Below are positions 25,501 to 37,699 of a stretch of 64,000 nt of DNA, in pieces. The notes beneath the pieces were generated by a model, which ran no database searches, was not told where the DNA came from, and saw only the letters and a program-made list of their open reading frames with translations. Source of the DNA: Convolutriloba macropyga (Eukaryota); the NCBI RefSeq assembly GCF_964194025.1, contig NC_134468.1:42408001-42472000 (forward strand), given 5' to 3'. Each line of letters begins with the position of its first letter. Positions within the stretch are counted from its first letter, which is position 1. Made by a program: the position numbers and the translations under genes.

Positions 25501-27595
25501 CTGCCTTATGTTGAATGAAATCAATTGCAACCCAAAGAAATGACGAAAATCTAAGAAAAAGCCGAAATCATTCAATTTGTTAATAACTGAAAAAATAAGA
25601 AAAACAGTATAAATGTAGGTGCCAGGACAGAGCTAGAATGATACAAGCTAGAATGTGAACAATATGGACACAATGTAAGGAACACCGTAAGGAAGACTAA
25701 TTCTTAAGTTTTGAAAGTTTAAAAATCAAATTTAAAAAAAACAAGAAAAACTAACACCATTTCATTTTTCAGCATTCGAGACATAGAATATACATCGATA
25801 CATCCGAGACAAAAACCTATCCTCCTGAGCAGATAAAAAAAAGAAAAAGCAGAAATCAAACATACGAAACATTGAAACATTTCGCAAAAAAAAGGTCAAA
25901 AAATTTTTAGGGCTGCATTTATAAAAAAAAATTTAACTAATTTTCAAAAATTTAACACTAAAAAAATATTGACGTTCTTATTGAAACGAAATTAAAGACC
26001 CTCATTTTGCACAAAAAGAATATTTCTAGTAATTAAAACCAAAATAAAGAGAAAAAACTGAGAAAAATAGGAAAAAAACTACCAAAATCGGATTAGCATA
26101 TGTACAATTTTATAAAACAAAATTACATCGAGGTAAAAAGAGGCATCGAGTATATGAATTGTCAACGGGAAGTTGTCATATTGACTGATTTTTGACAAAA
26201 AGACGGCTAAAAGATCCAAAAATGAAGAAAATAGGAAAAAGGCCAAAAATTAATTAAAAAATCAAGAAATTTATGCCAATTTTAAACTTGAAACGCGTTT
26301 TCAGGCTCTGCAAAACACTGTGCTTTTAATTTCCAAGGTTTACATTTCAATATAGCATCGAATAAAAATCATTTCTACAAAAAACCATATTACAAGCAAA
26401 AAATGGGCCACTTAGACGAAAAAACGGCTAAAAACGGTTATCTATATGTGCCATTCAGTCAAAAACTACTTTTCAAAGTCAAAAAGTCATTCACTAAACG
26501 CAGCGCATGATCAAAAAAACTTCTCTCGCTCAGAAAAAACTAGTTCACGCGGCAATTTTTCTCACTTTCGCTTTTAGGTCAACACAGCGTCTGAACGAAT
26601 AGTACTTCCGGTTAAAAAAAAAAACCTTAAGAAAACCAATACTCCTCTTCGAGTCGTAAAAAACCAAGAGAAGGCCAATAATAGCCCCAGCTATCGCTGT
26701 GCGGCTATTAATAACGTACTTCTGTTTCTTAGAGAGAGGCTACAGGGGCTACTATCAATACCTCAATACCAATAAGCATTAGAGATGGTAACTAAGACTT
26801 ATAGGAACGACGTTCAAATAGCGGGCATCTAAAATTGGGCTTTATGGGTTTATCCCGTTTCTACTTCTGACTTCAATTTTTTATACTGACGCTGTTCATT
26901 TTGAATTGCTTTGCTGAGCAACTGATGTTCAAAATCACTTTTAGCAGAATGAGAGAAACTAGACTAGAGAAGTCAAAATGATATCACGCAAAATGTTGAA
27001 AAAGCGGCAAAATGAGGTAAAGCGAAACATTTTTTTATTCGACGAAGTAAAAAACATAGCAGGACAAGTCCTGACGTACAATTCAAAGAATTTTCATTGA
27101 CTAAAAAAACTAGACCTAAAACGGACTATGAATGGATTGGAAAAACCATTTAGAAAAAAAACCGATCCAAAAAATCAAAGTAAAAATCAAAGTGAAATTG
27201 CCGCATGTGAACAAAAAACCACTAGCAAGAAAGCGAATTTTTGTTCAAACACCGTTTTCTCACTCTACTTTAAATTTAGAGCGAAAAAATTTCACGCCGC
27301 AAAACCACTCGCTTTTTCGCTCCACTTCCTGTGTCGGCGTGACCAAATTCACCACTTGAAAAATCATGAAAATGTGTGAACAGATCGCTTTTTCGCTCCA
27401 AACCACTCGCTTTTTCGCTCCATTTCATGTTTCGGCGTGACCAAAATCACTCCTCCAATTTGACTTCAAAAATCATGAAAATGTGTGAACAGATCTTAAA
27501 AAAAAAGACAGCGCCCCAATACAATTCAAATTCTTTGAATTGTAAAAAATAGGAGCGCTATAATAGCCAGCTGAGAAGATGAGGGCGGCTATTAA
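22510..27595 (-). mobile_element. Nest of Helentron-like elements D[A[C,C]...B]
   Basis: D 22510-27595 is interrupted by A 22658-26711, which carries two roughly 1.75-kb C units starting at 23108 and 24858, and by B 27053-27544. The uninterrupted D at 11650-12168 shows the empty sites. Confidence 0.85.
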
Positions 27596-27889
27596 TAACT
27601 ATTATTTTGCTTCCACAAGAAGATACATGCATACCACAACAAAAACGCAGTCTCTATATGACTGTCATTATTCTTCCCGTATCTTCCCGTATATGACTCT
27701 CATGATTCTTCTCAAATCCAATTTCTGAGAATTAGTAAATAACAGACTGGTTGACTGTCTCATCAAAAGTATCGATAAGTACAGGATTTTGGAAAAAAAT
27801 TTTTTTTTTCTTTTTTTTTAATCGTGAAGCAATTGTTCATTGCTCATTTAATTTTTCTGGCGGACAATTTCTCTCTATGACTAGCTTAC

Positions 27890-28261
27890 TTTTCTTTCTG
27901 AGCAGTTCTTGGGTGTTGCCAAAATCGTGAATACCAAGCGGCCAATCATGGCTGAAAAATATGTCCACGTTACCGGCATACTGCAAAAATCTGTAGACCT
28001 CCAAGCTCCTCACGTGGTACGTCGTTCTCAGTGAGCTGTTATCATAAGGTGGGAACTCATGATGGTTCCGATTGAAATCTCTGTGGTTATATATGCCGGA
28101 TATTCCACCAATTTTAATACCACAGAATGATACTACACCACCCCATCCCATGTAATAAATATTTGGAGCAACCCATCCTCCATAAGGCAGTTCTGCGAGG
28201 TAGTTGCTTGCTTCGTGGTTTCCTCCCACAAAAAGAGTTAAAAATGGAGCCCGTTTTTCGC
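27890..28261 (-). CDS. DBR1: DBR1 exon 2 of 5
   Basis: [31 protein letters not shown] and SHDWP motifs. Boundaries tttcag| and |gtaagc. Confidence 0.95.
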
Positions 28262-29359
28262 CTGAAATAAGAGTTTCCTCAATAAAAGGCATCAGAAACT
28301 ACAAATTTATGCAAAGTTATAGCAACTTTTGGCTTATAGTGAAATGAGACGGTACAGCATTCATTAAACAAAGATTGCAGCCAAGATTCAATTTTTGACA
28401 CAAAATGGCTTTTGTACTGATTTCAGTCATGACTGGAACAGATCTCATCATTGACTTTTAATCGTGCTTAATATTGCACTACTGTCCAACGTGATACAAA
28501 AAGTACCAGTTCTACTGAGTGCGTTGCGTCCACGCTCTTTGACAAGCGCAACGTTTGATTGCGAATAGTTAAACAAGTTCGTTATTGTCACTAAAATTTT
28601 ATCTCTAATCAAGTGAATTGTGTTTAGCATGGACAATCAGTAGATTACAAGAAACCGTGAGACACTTGCCTATCAACAGTGTTCGGATTAAAGAGAACTG
28701 ATCAAATATACGACGCATATCAAGTTAATATCGTCTTTCGTAAACATTGAAGTAACGTCAATTTTGTACCCGCTCAAACCATATTCAATCAAATAACCTT
28801 AGCAGAAATTAAAACAAGAACGCTCGCTTATTTCTGTGCGTGGCACAGAATGTTCCCTCATGCGCATTTGAAAGCACTCAATACATTAAACCCCCATGAA
28901 ATTATATCACAGAAACTTTTACCCGCGCAAAAATTTTTGTTTTAGCGAACTGTTTTATAATTAAAGTATGAAAAAAGAGTGCAAAATAAAATTTGAGTTT
29001 ACAGAGGAACCAGGAACGCCTGAGTAACATTCCATACCTTTTGTTTTATTTGTCCATATTTTTCTTTTGTGGCCAAAAACTTACAGGACAAATAAATGAT
29101 TCAAATGTTGATGAGCAAAGTCTGTTCTAATGCATTTTAAACAAAACGAATAATTAAAACTAGCATGTAGAAGTCAGAATAATTTCACTAAAAATTGAAA
29201 AGGCTGAAAAAATAGCAACAAATATGTTCATGAAAAGACCAAGCTGGACAAATTCTGAGTTAAAATACAAAGAATGGACGTAAAAACAAGGCTGAATATC
29301 TGTGCTACTATAAACTGTTTTTGCTTTTTCATAAAGCATAAAGAAATTAAATAAAAACA

Positions 29360-30284
29360 AACATAGATGGCAGATTGCCAGAAAATAGCCGCAATAGCAT
29401 TGTAAATCTGCAGTCTAGAAAAACAGTAAAAAAAGAGACCAAAAAAATTCGTCTTTTCATTGAAGGCTGATATGTTATATTTTGATTAAAAATCTATATA
29501 AAATTTTGTTGCCTCTATTAGCTGCTCTCAAATAACCTTCAATTAGAGTGACACAGACCCATTTGACCTCATCTCTTTGAATTAAAGTAAACAAAAGTCA
29601 ATTTCGAAGAGAGGAAGTCATTTTTGAGAGTGAGGTAAGTCAAATGTGACCAAAAATTTAATCACGCGAATGAACAAAAACATAGCAGGACAACTGACGT
29701 ACAAATCAAAGAAACTTCATTGACTAAACAGAAAAACCAGACCTAGAATGGACTATGAGTGAATTGAGAAAACCATTTTAAAAAAATCAGATAAAAAAAA
29801 TAAGAAAAAAACAGAAAATCAATGTCAAAATGCCGCATTAAAACAAAAAACCACTAGCGAGAAATGAAAATTTAATTCAAACAAAACACTAGGTCTAGAG
29901 TGAACTACGAATGGATTGGGAAAACCATTTAGAAAAAAAATCCGATCCAAAAAATCGGAAAAAAACAGTAAAAATTGAGGTGAAATTGCCGCATGAGAAC
30001 AAAAAACCACTACCGAGAAAGCGACTTTTTGTTCAAACACCGTATTCTCACTCTACTTTAAAATTAGAGCAAAAAAACTAACGCCGCAAAACCACTCGCT
30101 TTTTCGCTCCAATTCCTGTTTCGGCGTGCTCAAAATCACTACACCAATTTGACTCCAAAAATCATGAAAATATTTGAACAGATCTTAAAAAAAAGACAGC
30201 GCCCAAATACAAGTCAAATTCTTTGAATTGTAAAAACAAGAGAAGGCCAATAATAGCCCCCAGCTATCGCTGTGCGGCTATTAA
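29360..30284 (-). mobile_element. Helentron-like family A with nested family B (29679-30232)
   Basis: Same termini and bodies as 7681-8773. Confidence 0.8.
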
Positions 30285-32018
30285 TAAAGATCTAATTAAA
30301 AACTTGCAATATTAGAGCTCCGAAGATGTCGATCTCTTAGTGATCAAACTACTTTAGTTCTTTAAGGAGGCAGACATGACATGCTTTTGAAATTGGTAAC
30401 ACGAAATGTCAAAACATAAAACGAAGCATTACTGCACACGCAATCAAATTTAATCTGTTGTTTCTCCTTATTTTTCTAATGGGGCTAGATCTTAAAAGAC
30501 AACAAAATTATTCAAATTTTCTCCATTTAAGGGGCAACGTTTGTTTAAGTTCATTTTAAATAGAAAAAATGATTACAACTACCATGTAGAAGTCAAAACG
30601 AGTATTCATGTTGAAAAGACTGCGAAAATAGGTAAAGATATCCTTGACGAAAAAACCCAGTAGGACGATTCCGAGATAGAATGCAAAGAAAAATCCTGGT
30701 TACCTGAAATCATACCTGGATTTTTCCTTTCTTAATGAGGCAAACGAAACTTAAATAGAAAAAGGAAAAATAAAACAAAATATACAAGTAAAAATTGCCA
30801 TTTCTGAACTCCAATTACGTCAATCTCTTAGTGGTCGAACTACTTAGCTTCAAGCTCTTCAAATGAGTTAAAACGAAAAGACTATGGTAACGTAAAATGA
30901 AGGCATACCGGCAAATGTAATGAGGGTTTTTGAAACAGTGGCGTAAACTTTTCGAAACAATGACACTTGGAAGAAAACGTCAAAATATAAAAGGAAGAAA
31001 TAGTTATTTAACTTTCTTAGGGGAAATTAACCAAGCAGCCAAACTGAGAATACCCAAGCAATTTTGAGAAAAGAAGATAACAAAGTCGTTCCAATTTTTC
31101 TACCGTTTTAAAGGTCTTTGGCACGCTGTTGCAAACAATATATTTTGCTTGTAAAGGATAGCAAAGATCCATTTCGAATAATGCATAACTGAACTAAAAA
31201 CAAAATTTTGCAAGCTTTATCCCAATAATCATAGACGAATGAAAAAACATGTAAAATGAAACAGCAGATGCATATTTTTCACTTTGTGCTGCATTCAAAA
31301 AAGAATTTCGGCGAGAGCTTATTACACACCGTGAGATTTTGTCCCGAAATTAAACGCAACAAATTCAAGAAATAACGAACCCAGTTTCTTGTAGGATTAG
31401 AATACAAGAGGCGTTTTTGTTTTTTGATAAAGCATTTTGACCTCAACAGTTTAGAAACACTTCGTATCTTAGAACAACTATGGTGTCAAATTTACTGAAA
31501 ACTCTACGTAAACTAATTAAAAAAGGCGGCTAAGAGAAGAACATTTTGAACGCCAAAAAATAAGTCACGATTAGCTATAGAGTTATACAAAACTGTTGAA
31601 AAAACAGCAACTTTATTGCGTCAATTAATGTACAGAGCAAGTCTCATAATTTCGCTAAACTTTCATTACAGCAAATGAATAATTGGACCCAGTGGCCATA
31701 AGACACATAAGAAGACATACAATAAAAAGGTGCATATGAGATCTCTCAATAATAGATATCTAGGACAACAAAAAACAAATGCGACCGCCGGGAAATTAAA
31801 AATCTTACTGCTTTTTTGATAACTGTAACGTCATTTTCTGGGTCATTCAAACGTCATTCAAACGATAGGTTCCAAATTCAAAAATCTCACAAATAGGGGG
31901 AACGATTGCCGTCTCAAGGATTCAATTTTTTGTCAATAAAAAAACTATGAGACAATGCTACGAGGGAACTAGAATGGAGAACAACAGATCCGTACAAAAT
32001 TCAGAGATTATAAGAAGT

Positions 32019-32430
32019 GGTGGCGGTCAAGCAAGCCGATAGGCAAGCAAGCCGAATTTTGAAAATGAGGTCAAGTAAGCCGCAAAATTTTCGGATACCC
32101 ATATTTTAAGTTGCCCCTGGCGGGCCGGTGGGCGCGCTTCGCGGCCGCCGCGATAACCGGCCCGCTATTTCCGGATTACATCCCACAGCGGATGAGAGTC
32201 ATGGCCATGGACAGCGGTCTGCTGAGGCCCGTACCCACTAGAAGTCTAAAAATTGACGCATTTTTGTTTCTTTGGTGCATTGGAATACATTATGCACTAT
32301 AATACTGCGCGCAGCATTGATTGTAACGGCTGACAATGTATTATTTCTGATAGATTACATAACTATTACACAACTTTCGGCTTGCTTTTCTGTCGGCTTG
32401 CTTGCCTATCGGCTTACTTTGCATTCGCCA
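32019..32430. mobile_element. MITE-like element with imperfect TIRs and a GC-rich internal hairpin
   Basis: Left AAGCCGATAGGCAAGCAAGCCGA is the reverse complement of right TCGGCTTGCTTGCCTATCGGCTT. Internal inverted repeat GCGGGCCGGT/ACCGGCCCGC. Confidence 0.7.
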
Positions 32431-33780
32431 TATGAAGTCTTAAAATTCAAATTAGCCCAAGCAATTAAAAGTCACGACTATCAACCGAAACCTATGAACA
32501 GATGAGGCCTTTCAAAATTTCTCTGCAGATAAGACCTCTCATTATCGATACTCAGACAAATCAGCGATAAAATCTTTAACTAAAAAAATGGTTTTTGCTA
32601 AATCAAATGACCTCGAAGAAGAGAAACTATTGGAGACTCAATAGCACAACCTGGAATGGATGATAAATATTTACTAAAAATTAATAACAATCGAGAAGAA
32701 AGACTGAAAGAGGAACATTGGAAACATTCGTCAAAACACCCCATGTACAATTCTCGCAAAATTTTTCTATTTCACTTCACCTAGTATAAAGTAAAAGAGA
32801 CTAAAGTAGAATTTCACGCCCCAATATATTCTAACTGTATTTTACTTTGAACAAAATCACGTACAGGTGACTGAAAAATGATTTACAATATATTGAATAA
32901 TTTGAGCTGATCTTCGAAAAAAATGATCAAATGAGGTACAAATTTGATTATCTACCTAACCAGGAGCCTTATAAAAGTAACCGTATACGAGTAGACGCCG
33001 GCAGTTATAATTACTCATATGTTTAGCTGAATCACTTGTCAAACAAATTAAAAAATACAATGTTGAAAAAATGAACAAACCACACAAAAAATTCAAAAAA
33101 TTGTTATCTGAGTCTTACAATTGCTTGCCCAATGTTAAATTAATTCAGCGTCTGTACCAAACAAAGTCTAAAAACTTTTCTCAGCTTTTTTAGTTGCATG
33201 AAAAGTTCGAAATGAGTTATCTTAATAATTTTCGTTATATATCTTCATGATCAGTTACACCAATTATGGTAAATAGCAAATGATTTCCTTCACGTTTCTC
33301 AAAAATGAGCTCAAATTTTTCCCCTCAAAATGCAAGTTTTTGCTTTTCAAGTCTCGATACTGATCGTGCTTAAAAAATACAAAATGTCTCATTTAGGATA
33401 AGCTCGAAAAGTCAGCACACAGCAAAACTATTTATTAATCGAAATAATAACTTTCGAGAAATTTGATCCAAATATAGGATAAATTTATCCATACAAATGC
33501 CAAAATTAGCGAATTTTATTCATTTGAATTGTAGACACAGACAGCTTTATAAAGGTAACGTAATGCTTAGTTATCTATAAAGGCTGTACCTTGTCTTAAA
33601 TCATCAAAAACTTAAATCATCGAAAACGCTTCCAAAATTTGTTCAAATTTATACATATGCTGGTCTGGTATGCATTCAAAAAAACTTGAACAAAAAGTGG
33701 GGCGAGCTATCATAACGTGCCCCCGTTTTTTTCTTCAAAAAATCTAGGAACAATAATCAACTTCTAATTAAGTTCCAAAC

Positions 33781-34027
33781 CTGAGTAGTACTTGTAGAAT
33801 GTGTTCATAGTTCTGTACTTGGGCGGACATGCCAAACAAGCTAAGTCTTGTTCATTCCTGACAGACTGGAAGTCCCCACAGATAATGAGCAAATCGATGG
33901 CCACATTCTTCTCTTGAGCTATCCTCTGCGCTGTCAGATATATCTGATCTAATTCACCATGACAGCAACCCTCAATTACAATATTAACCATACCACTGTC
34001 ATCGTTCACTTGATTTACATACATCAT
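33781..34027 (-). CDS. DBR1: Lariat debranching enzyme DBR1, exon 1 of 5
   Basis: [25 protein letters not shown] and [14 protein letters not shown] motifs. Acceptor tctttag abuts the ATG. Donor G|gtttgg, phase 1. Confidence 0.95.
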
Positions 34028-34217
34028 CTAAAGACCATAAAAATGTATAAAACATCAGAAAGCAGAAGAAAATTTGACATCGTCACGCTTCTTAGTTTAA
34101 AAACCCTCTCGTTTAAGAGTTACAGATGACACCAGTTGAACAAGATTGATCAATGCATTGAGAGAACAAAAAGAGCGCATCGGTAGCAGACAGATTATTA
34201 AAAAAATGAACAAACAA

Positions 34218-34352
34218 TTAAACTTTCTCTGGAAAATGTATGTCGAATTCTTTATTCTCTTTAGTTATCCCATTTTCATCAGTTTCATCCGGTGAAGAGA
34301 AGTACTCCTTCTTCCAAATAGGAACTTTACTTTTGATTTCGTCAATCAGATC
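34218..34352 (-). CDS. MOCS2: MOCS2B exon 3 of 3 (about 162 aa in total)
   Basis: Manual translation DLIDEIKSKVPIWKKEYFSS...KENKEFDIHFPEKV*, including the hallmark VPIWKKE. Acceptor tctttag; 73-nt upstream intron. Confidence 0.9.
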   Translation of the reverse strand, partial: DLIDEIKSKVPIWKKEYFSSPDETDENGITKENKEFDIHFPEKV

Positions 34353-34425
34353 CTAAAGATAACAACTGCATATAAACCAATTACATCAAATCCGGATCTA
34401 GGAAGGAGTGTTGGCTAAAACTAAC

Positions 34426-34531
34426 TTCAACAGCACGCATACTTGCAGCTCGATGTGGTGCTGATGCCGCAATTACAATCGAAGCTGCTCCTAGATCCAC
34501 TCTTCCCAATTTATGATGGACAAAAATACAC
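34426..34531 (-). CDS. MOCS2: MOCS2B exon 2 of 3
   Basis: Manual translation CIFVHHKLGRVDLGAASIVIAASAPHRAASMRAVE (MoaE HRLG...S.PHR motif). Flanked by cttag| and |gttagt. Confidence 0.9.
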
Positions 34532-34606
34532 CTAAGATAACATTTCACATATAATCCACAACTTGAAGCCTAAAGCATTCCTGGCTCTTCTTTGATATCA
34601 CTCAAC

Positions 34607-34854
34607 TTTACTCCATGTTTCACAAAAGCCTGTTGACAAATCCTTTCAGTCTCCTTACGCGCCATAGGGTGATAGCAATCATACACAAGGTACTTCGTTC
34701 CTTTCTCCCTATCATCGTTCGGGAAATCTTTCCGAGTAACTCCGAGAAAAGTTGAAATTGCTCCGCAGTCGTTATTTGAAACAAATTCAACAGCCTCATT
34801 GATCTCAATATGAGACTCATCGATTCGAATTTCAAGCCTCCTATCATTTTCCAT
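34607..34854 (-). CDS. MOCS2: Molybdopterin synthase catalytic subunit (MoaE/MOCS2B), exon 1 of 3
   Basis: CGAISTFLGVTR and YLVYDCYHPMA MoaE motifs. Acceptor ttccttcag lies 7 nt before the ATG. Donor AA|gttgag, phase 2; 75-nt intron follows. Confidence 0.9.
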
Positions 34855-35089
34855 TGCTTCTCTGAAGGAAAAAGGAACAATGAATTGAAATTTTATGCTT
34901 AACTATCGCGATCGCCAAAAAACCTGCAATCAAAATATACCCATGTATAAGATTGAAATAACATGCAGGGACCAATACATGACATCAGACTGATAACGTG
35001 TTCAAAACAATGCCTCCATTTAAGGCAAAAGACTGACTGTTCTGATCAACTAAATATTTTGAGATTTATCTGTATGACGAGTCACAAAC

Positions 35090-35478
35090 TAGACAAACCT
35101 CATTAAAGAACCTCATTGCTCTCGAACGAAAGACGGGGTAAATTAATTTTAGGTGGTGTAGCTTAGAAATGTGTTATGGGTGTAAAAAAACCGACCCCAC
35201 GGGGGTTCAAAGCACTGACCTCGAGGTTGGCAGTCTGACATCTTACCACACAGCTACAATGCCTTTGATTACCTTGTGCTTACAATCGGTTTCACCAACC
35301 AACTTAATTTTTGAACGAGCGCAACTTAAAAATGAAGAACTAAAGTGTGAAAAAGCCACTCAAGAAGTCAAAGAATGTTCTAGAACAAAAGTGCAAAAAC
35401 GGTCAAGCAAAAATTTCGCATAAAAAAGGCCAACATGTCTACAGTAATTGCTTCAAACTTCGTTCGAGAGTAATGAAA
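35090..35478 (-). mobile_element. Helentron-like family G element between GTF2E2 and MOCS2B
   Basis: TTGCTCTCGAACGA...TCGTTCGAGAG inverted pair; body similar to 12170-12480. Confidence 0.6.
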
Positions 35479-36933
35479 AATAAAAAGCACCTATCGGGAC
35501 GCGTGGTTGAGAAGGTTTATTGCAACAAATAGATGTCTACTGTGCTACATTCTAATCAGTAAATTTTTCTACAGAGAGAAATTAAATGACAGATTTATTT
35601 TGTAGGTGTGTAGCACCTTAAACAGCAAGGGTGTGAAATTAGTTGTCATCGGGATATTAAGGCACGCGCCTAGTTTAACAGAATGCAATTAGATTTTAAT
35701 GTATGTTAATATGTTTGTCCTTCTTATCCAAACTTAGTCAAACTATAGGACAAAGTAACTCCACCACAGTCAGGGAAAAGTTACTATAGATGGGAATAAA
35801 CTGTGATACCAAAAATATGACTACGAATTCGGCCGAAATAACATAAATCACAAATAATTATTTGGGCAATTCAGAGACTTGTAACAGATGGACGTAAGGC
35901 GTTCATGAAATGAAGACCAGAAAGCTTAAATCTACATTGAAAATGCACCCCCAAAAATTTCAACAAATAAAATAAATTTACCTTTTCTTGGAAATTTAGT
36001 TTAAATTTCATGGACTGGTATCTAAAACTAAAATCATTAACAAGCTCCAGAACAAGACGATGGCAAAAAGACTGGACTGAAATATTAAATTAAAAACGAA
36101 ATATTAAATTAAAAACGAGGTACAAAATGCCAAGGGGTACCATTAACTCAAGCAGCATAAGTCAACTGTTACTGAAATGAGTTATTTGGAATACGAAAAT
36201 TACATCATCACTCTGCTTCAAAAAGTATATTTATTCAATCTTAGATCCAACCCCGACTTAGACCACTACAGGAACACAAAATTGGGTAATCATCCGGAAT
36301 TTTAGATCCCGGGAGGTGATGAGCGTTGACGATTGTTGAACTAGTAATGGACTAGAAGTTAAAAGCAGATAATTATCTGAGTGGCATCCACGATTGACCT
36401 TCCAACTATTCGTATCATTTCTCCTCTAACAAAACGAACATTTTAAAATCATCGTTGTTCCGAAAAATCCATAAAAAAGTACAGGAAAAATTCTGATAGC
36501 CTCCCTTTTCTAGTCGAAAACTTGAAAAAGGTTCTGGTAAAATTTAGAAATTTAGTACATGCATGAACAAAAATCTTAACTGATTCTCTTCTTGGCATAA
36601 AATTCGTGGTTCGCTCAAATTATTTACCTATTAAAGCAAAAAAGAACAAGGAAACTAAAAGATTTGCAAAAAGTTCTCAGAAAACATTACATTGCTACAA
36701 AATATCTAAAGCATCCGTTAAAAAATGACGAGGAAAAAAACTAACACAAACTTGTCAATTCATTTTTCTGTTTAGCTGCCGACCGCGGGTTGCACTCAAC
36801 TAAAACAAGAGCTTTACAATAAGATTTAACTACAAGACATCAAAAACTATACTAAACTTCGAGCAGTCAATACTCAAACATATAGCACCACAGACAGAAC
36901 ATTATTCAGTCACTTCTCAGCACAAACACAAAC

Positions 36934-37314
36934 TTATTTTTCGAATTTCTGAGCTCCTGGTCCTGCCCTATCTGAATAGTCTTGTAAAACATCTCCCATA
37001 TGGGTATTATGCACTTTCTGATTCCACATTCTTTTCTTCTTCGGAGCAGCTGCTTTCTTTTTGGGGTTCTTCACGAAGTTTCTGCTACCACCTCCCGTAT
37101 CTTGCATTGATTGTATATCATGCTTTTGAAGGTATTCCTCAATCTTACTGTGATCAATTCCACTGACTTGAACCGAGTTCCATAACTTCTGTATGTCCTC
37201 GTCAACTTCAATGTCTAAACTAGCGTCATTCAGAAAGAGCACTTGTTTTTTGTCACTGCGTTGGATTGTGATAACAGCTGGGTTCTCTTTCACTAGAGCA
37301 ATTGTACTTTTTGC
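36934..37314 (-). CDS. GTF2E2: TFIIE beta, coding exon 2 of 2 (stop at 36934-36936; about 324 aa in total)
   Basis: Acceptor ttttag|GCA, in frame with exon 1. RSDKKQVLFLND...VDEDIQKLWNSVQV...KIEEYLQKHDIQSMQD...HNTHMGDVLQDYS matches the TFIIE-beta C-terminus. Confidence 0.93.
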   Translation of the reverse strand, partial: AKSTIALVKENPAVITIQRSDKKQVLFLNDASLDIEVDEDIQKLWNSVQVSGIDHSKIEEYLQKHDIQSMQDTGGGSRNFVKNPKKKAAAPKKKRMWNQKVHNTHMGDVLQDYSDRAGPGAQKFEK

Positions 37315-37699
37315 CTAAAATAATTGAAAAGAAATTCACCCAACAATTTAAAGAAAGCAAATCTTTTATTTATAACAATATTTGTCAGCCGTGAGAATTA
37401 GTAAAAAAACAAACAATTAATGGTTCGCAAAATTTTGCCTTGATTATAAACCTGCTTTTAAGCAAGCCAGCACCTCTCCGACACTAAGAAATCAAATTTG
37501 TTCATTCCTGTGTTGCTCTTTTTCAGAATAGGCCGTCAAATGGCAAGCATTCGACTTAGCTAATTAAACCGGGCCCAATCAATAAATAAAAAAATTCGGA
37601 GTTCTGTACTCTGAACTATTCTTATCTTAAACGGAAATATTGAAGAGGAAAGAAACACTATATAATAAACTATAAACAAAACTATGAAAGTTTTGTTTA

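Noticed and set aside
8353-30040. Recurring ORFs MNGL(R/G/E)KP... and their antisense counterparts
   Set aside because: Chance frames within copies of family B elements; frames are not conserved between copies.
7681-30284. CRISPR- or integron-like array suggested by recurring short palindromes
   Set aside because: Eukaryotic intronic context with irregular spacing; the palindromes pair up as transposon termini.
36310-36385. C/D snoRNA-like boxes GTGATGA...CTGA
   Set aside because: No terminal stem, antisense to the host transcription unit, and no recognisable guide.
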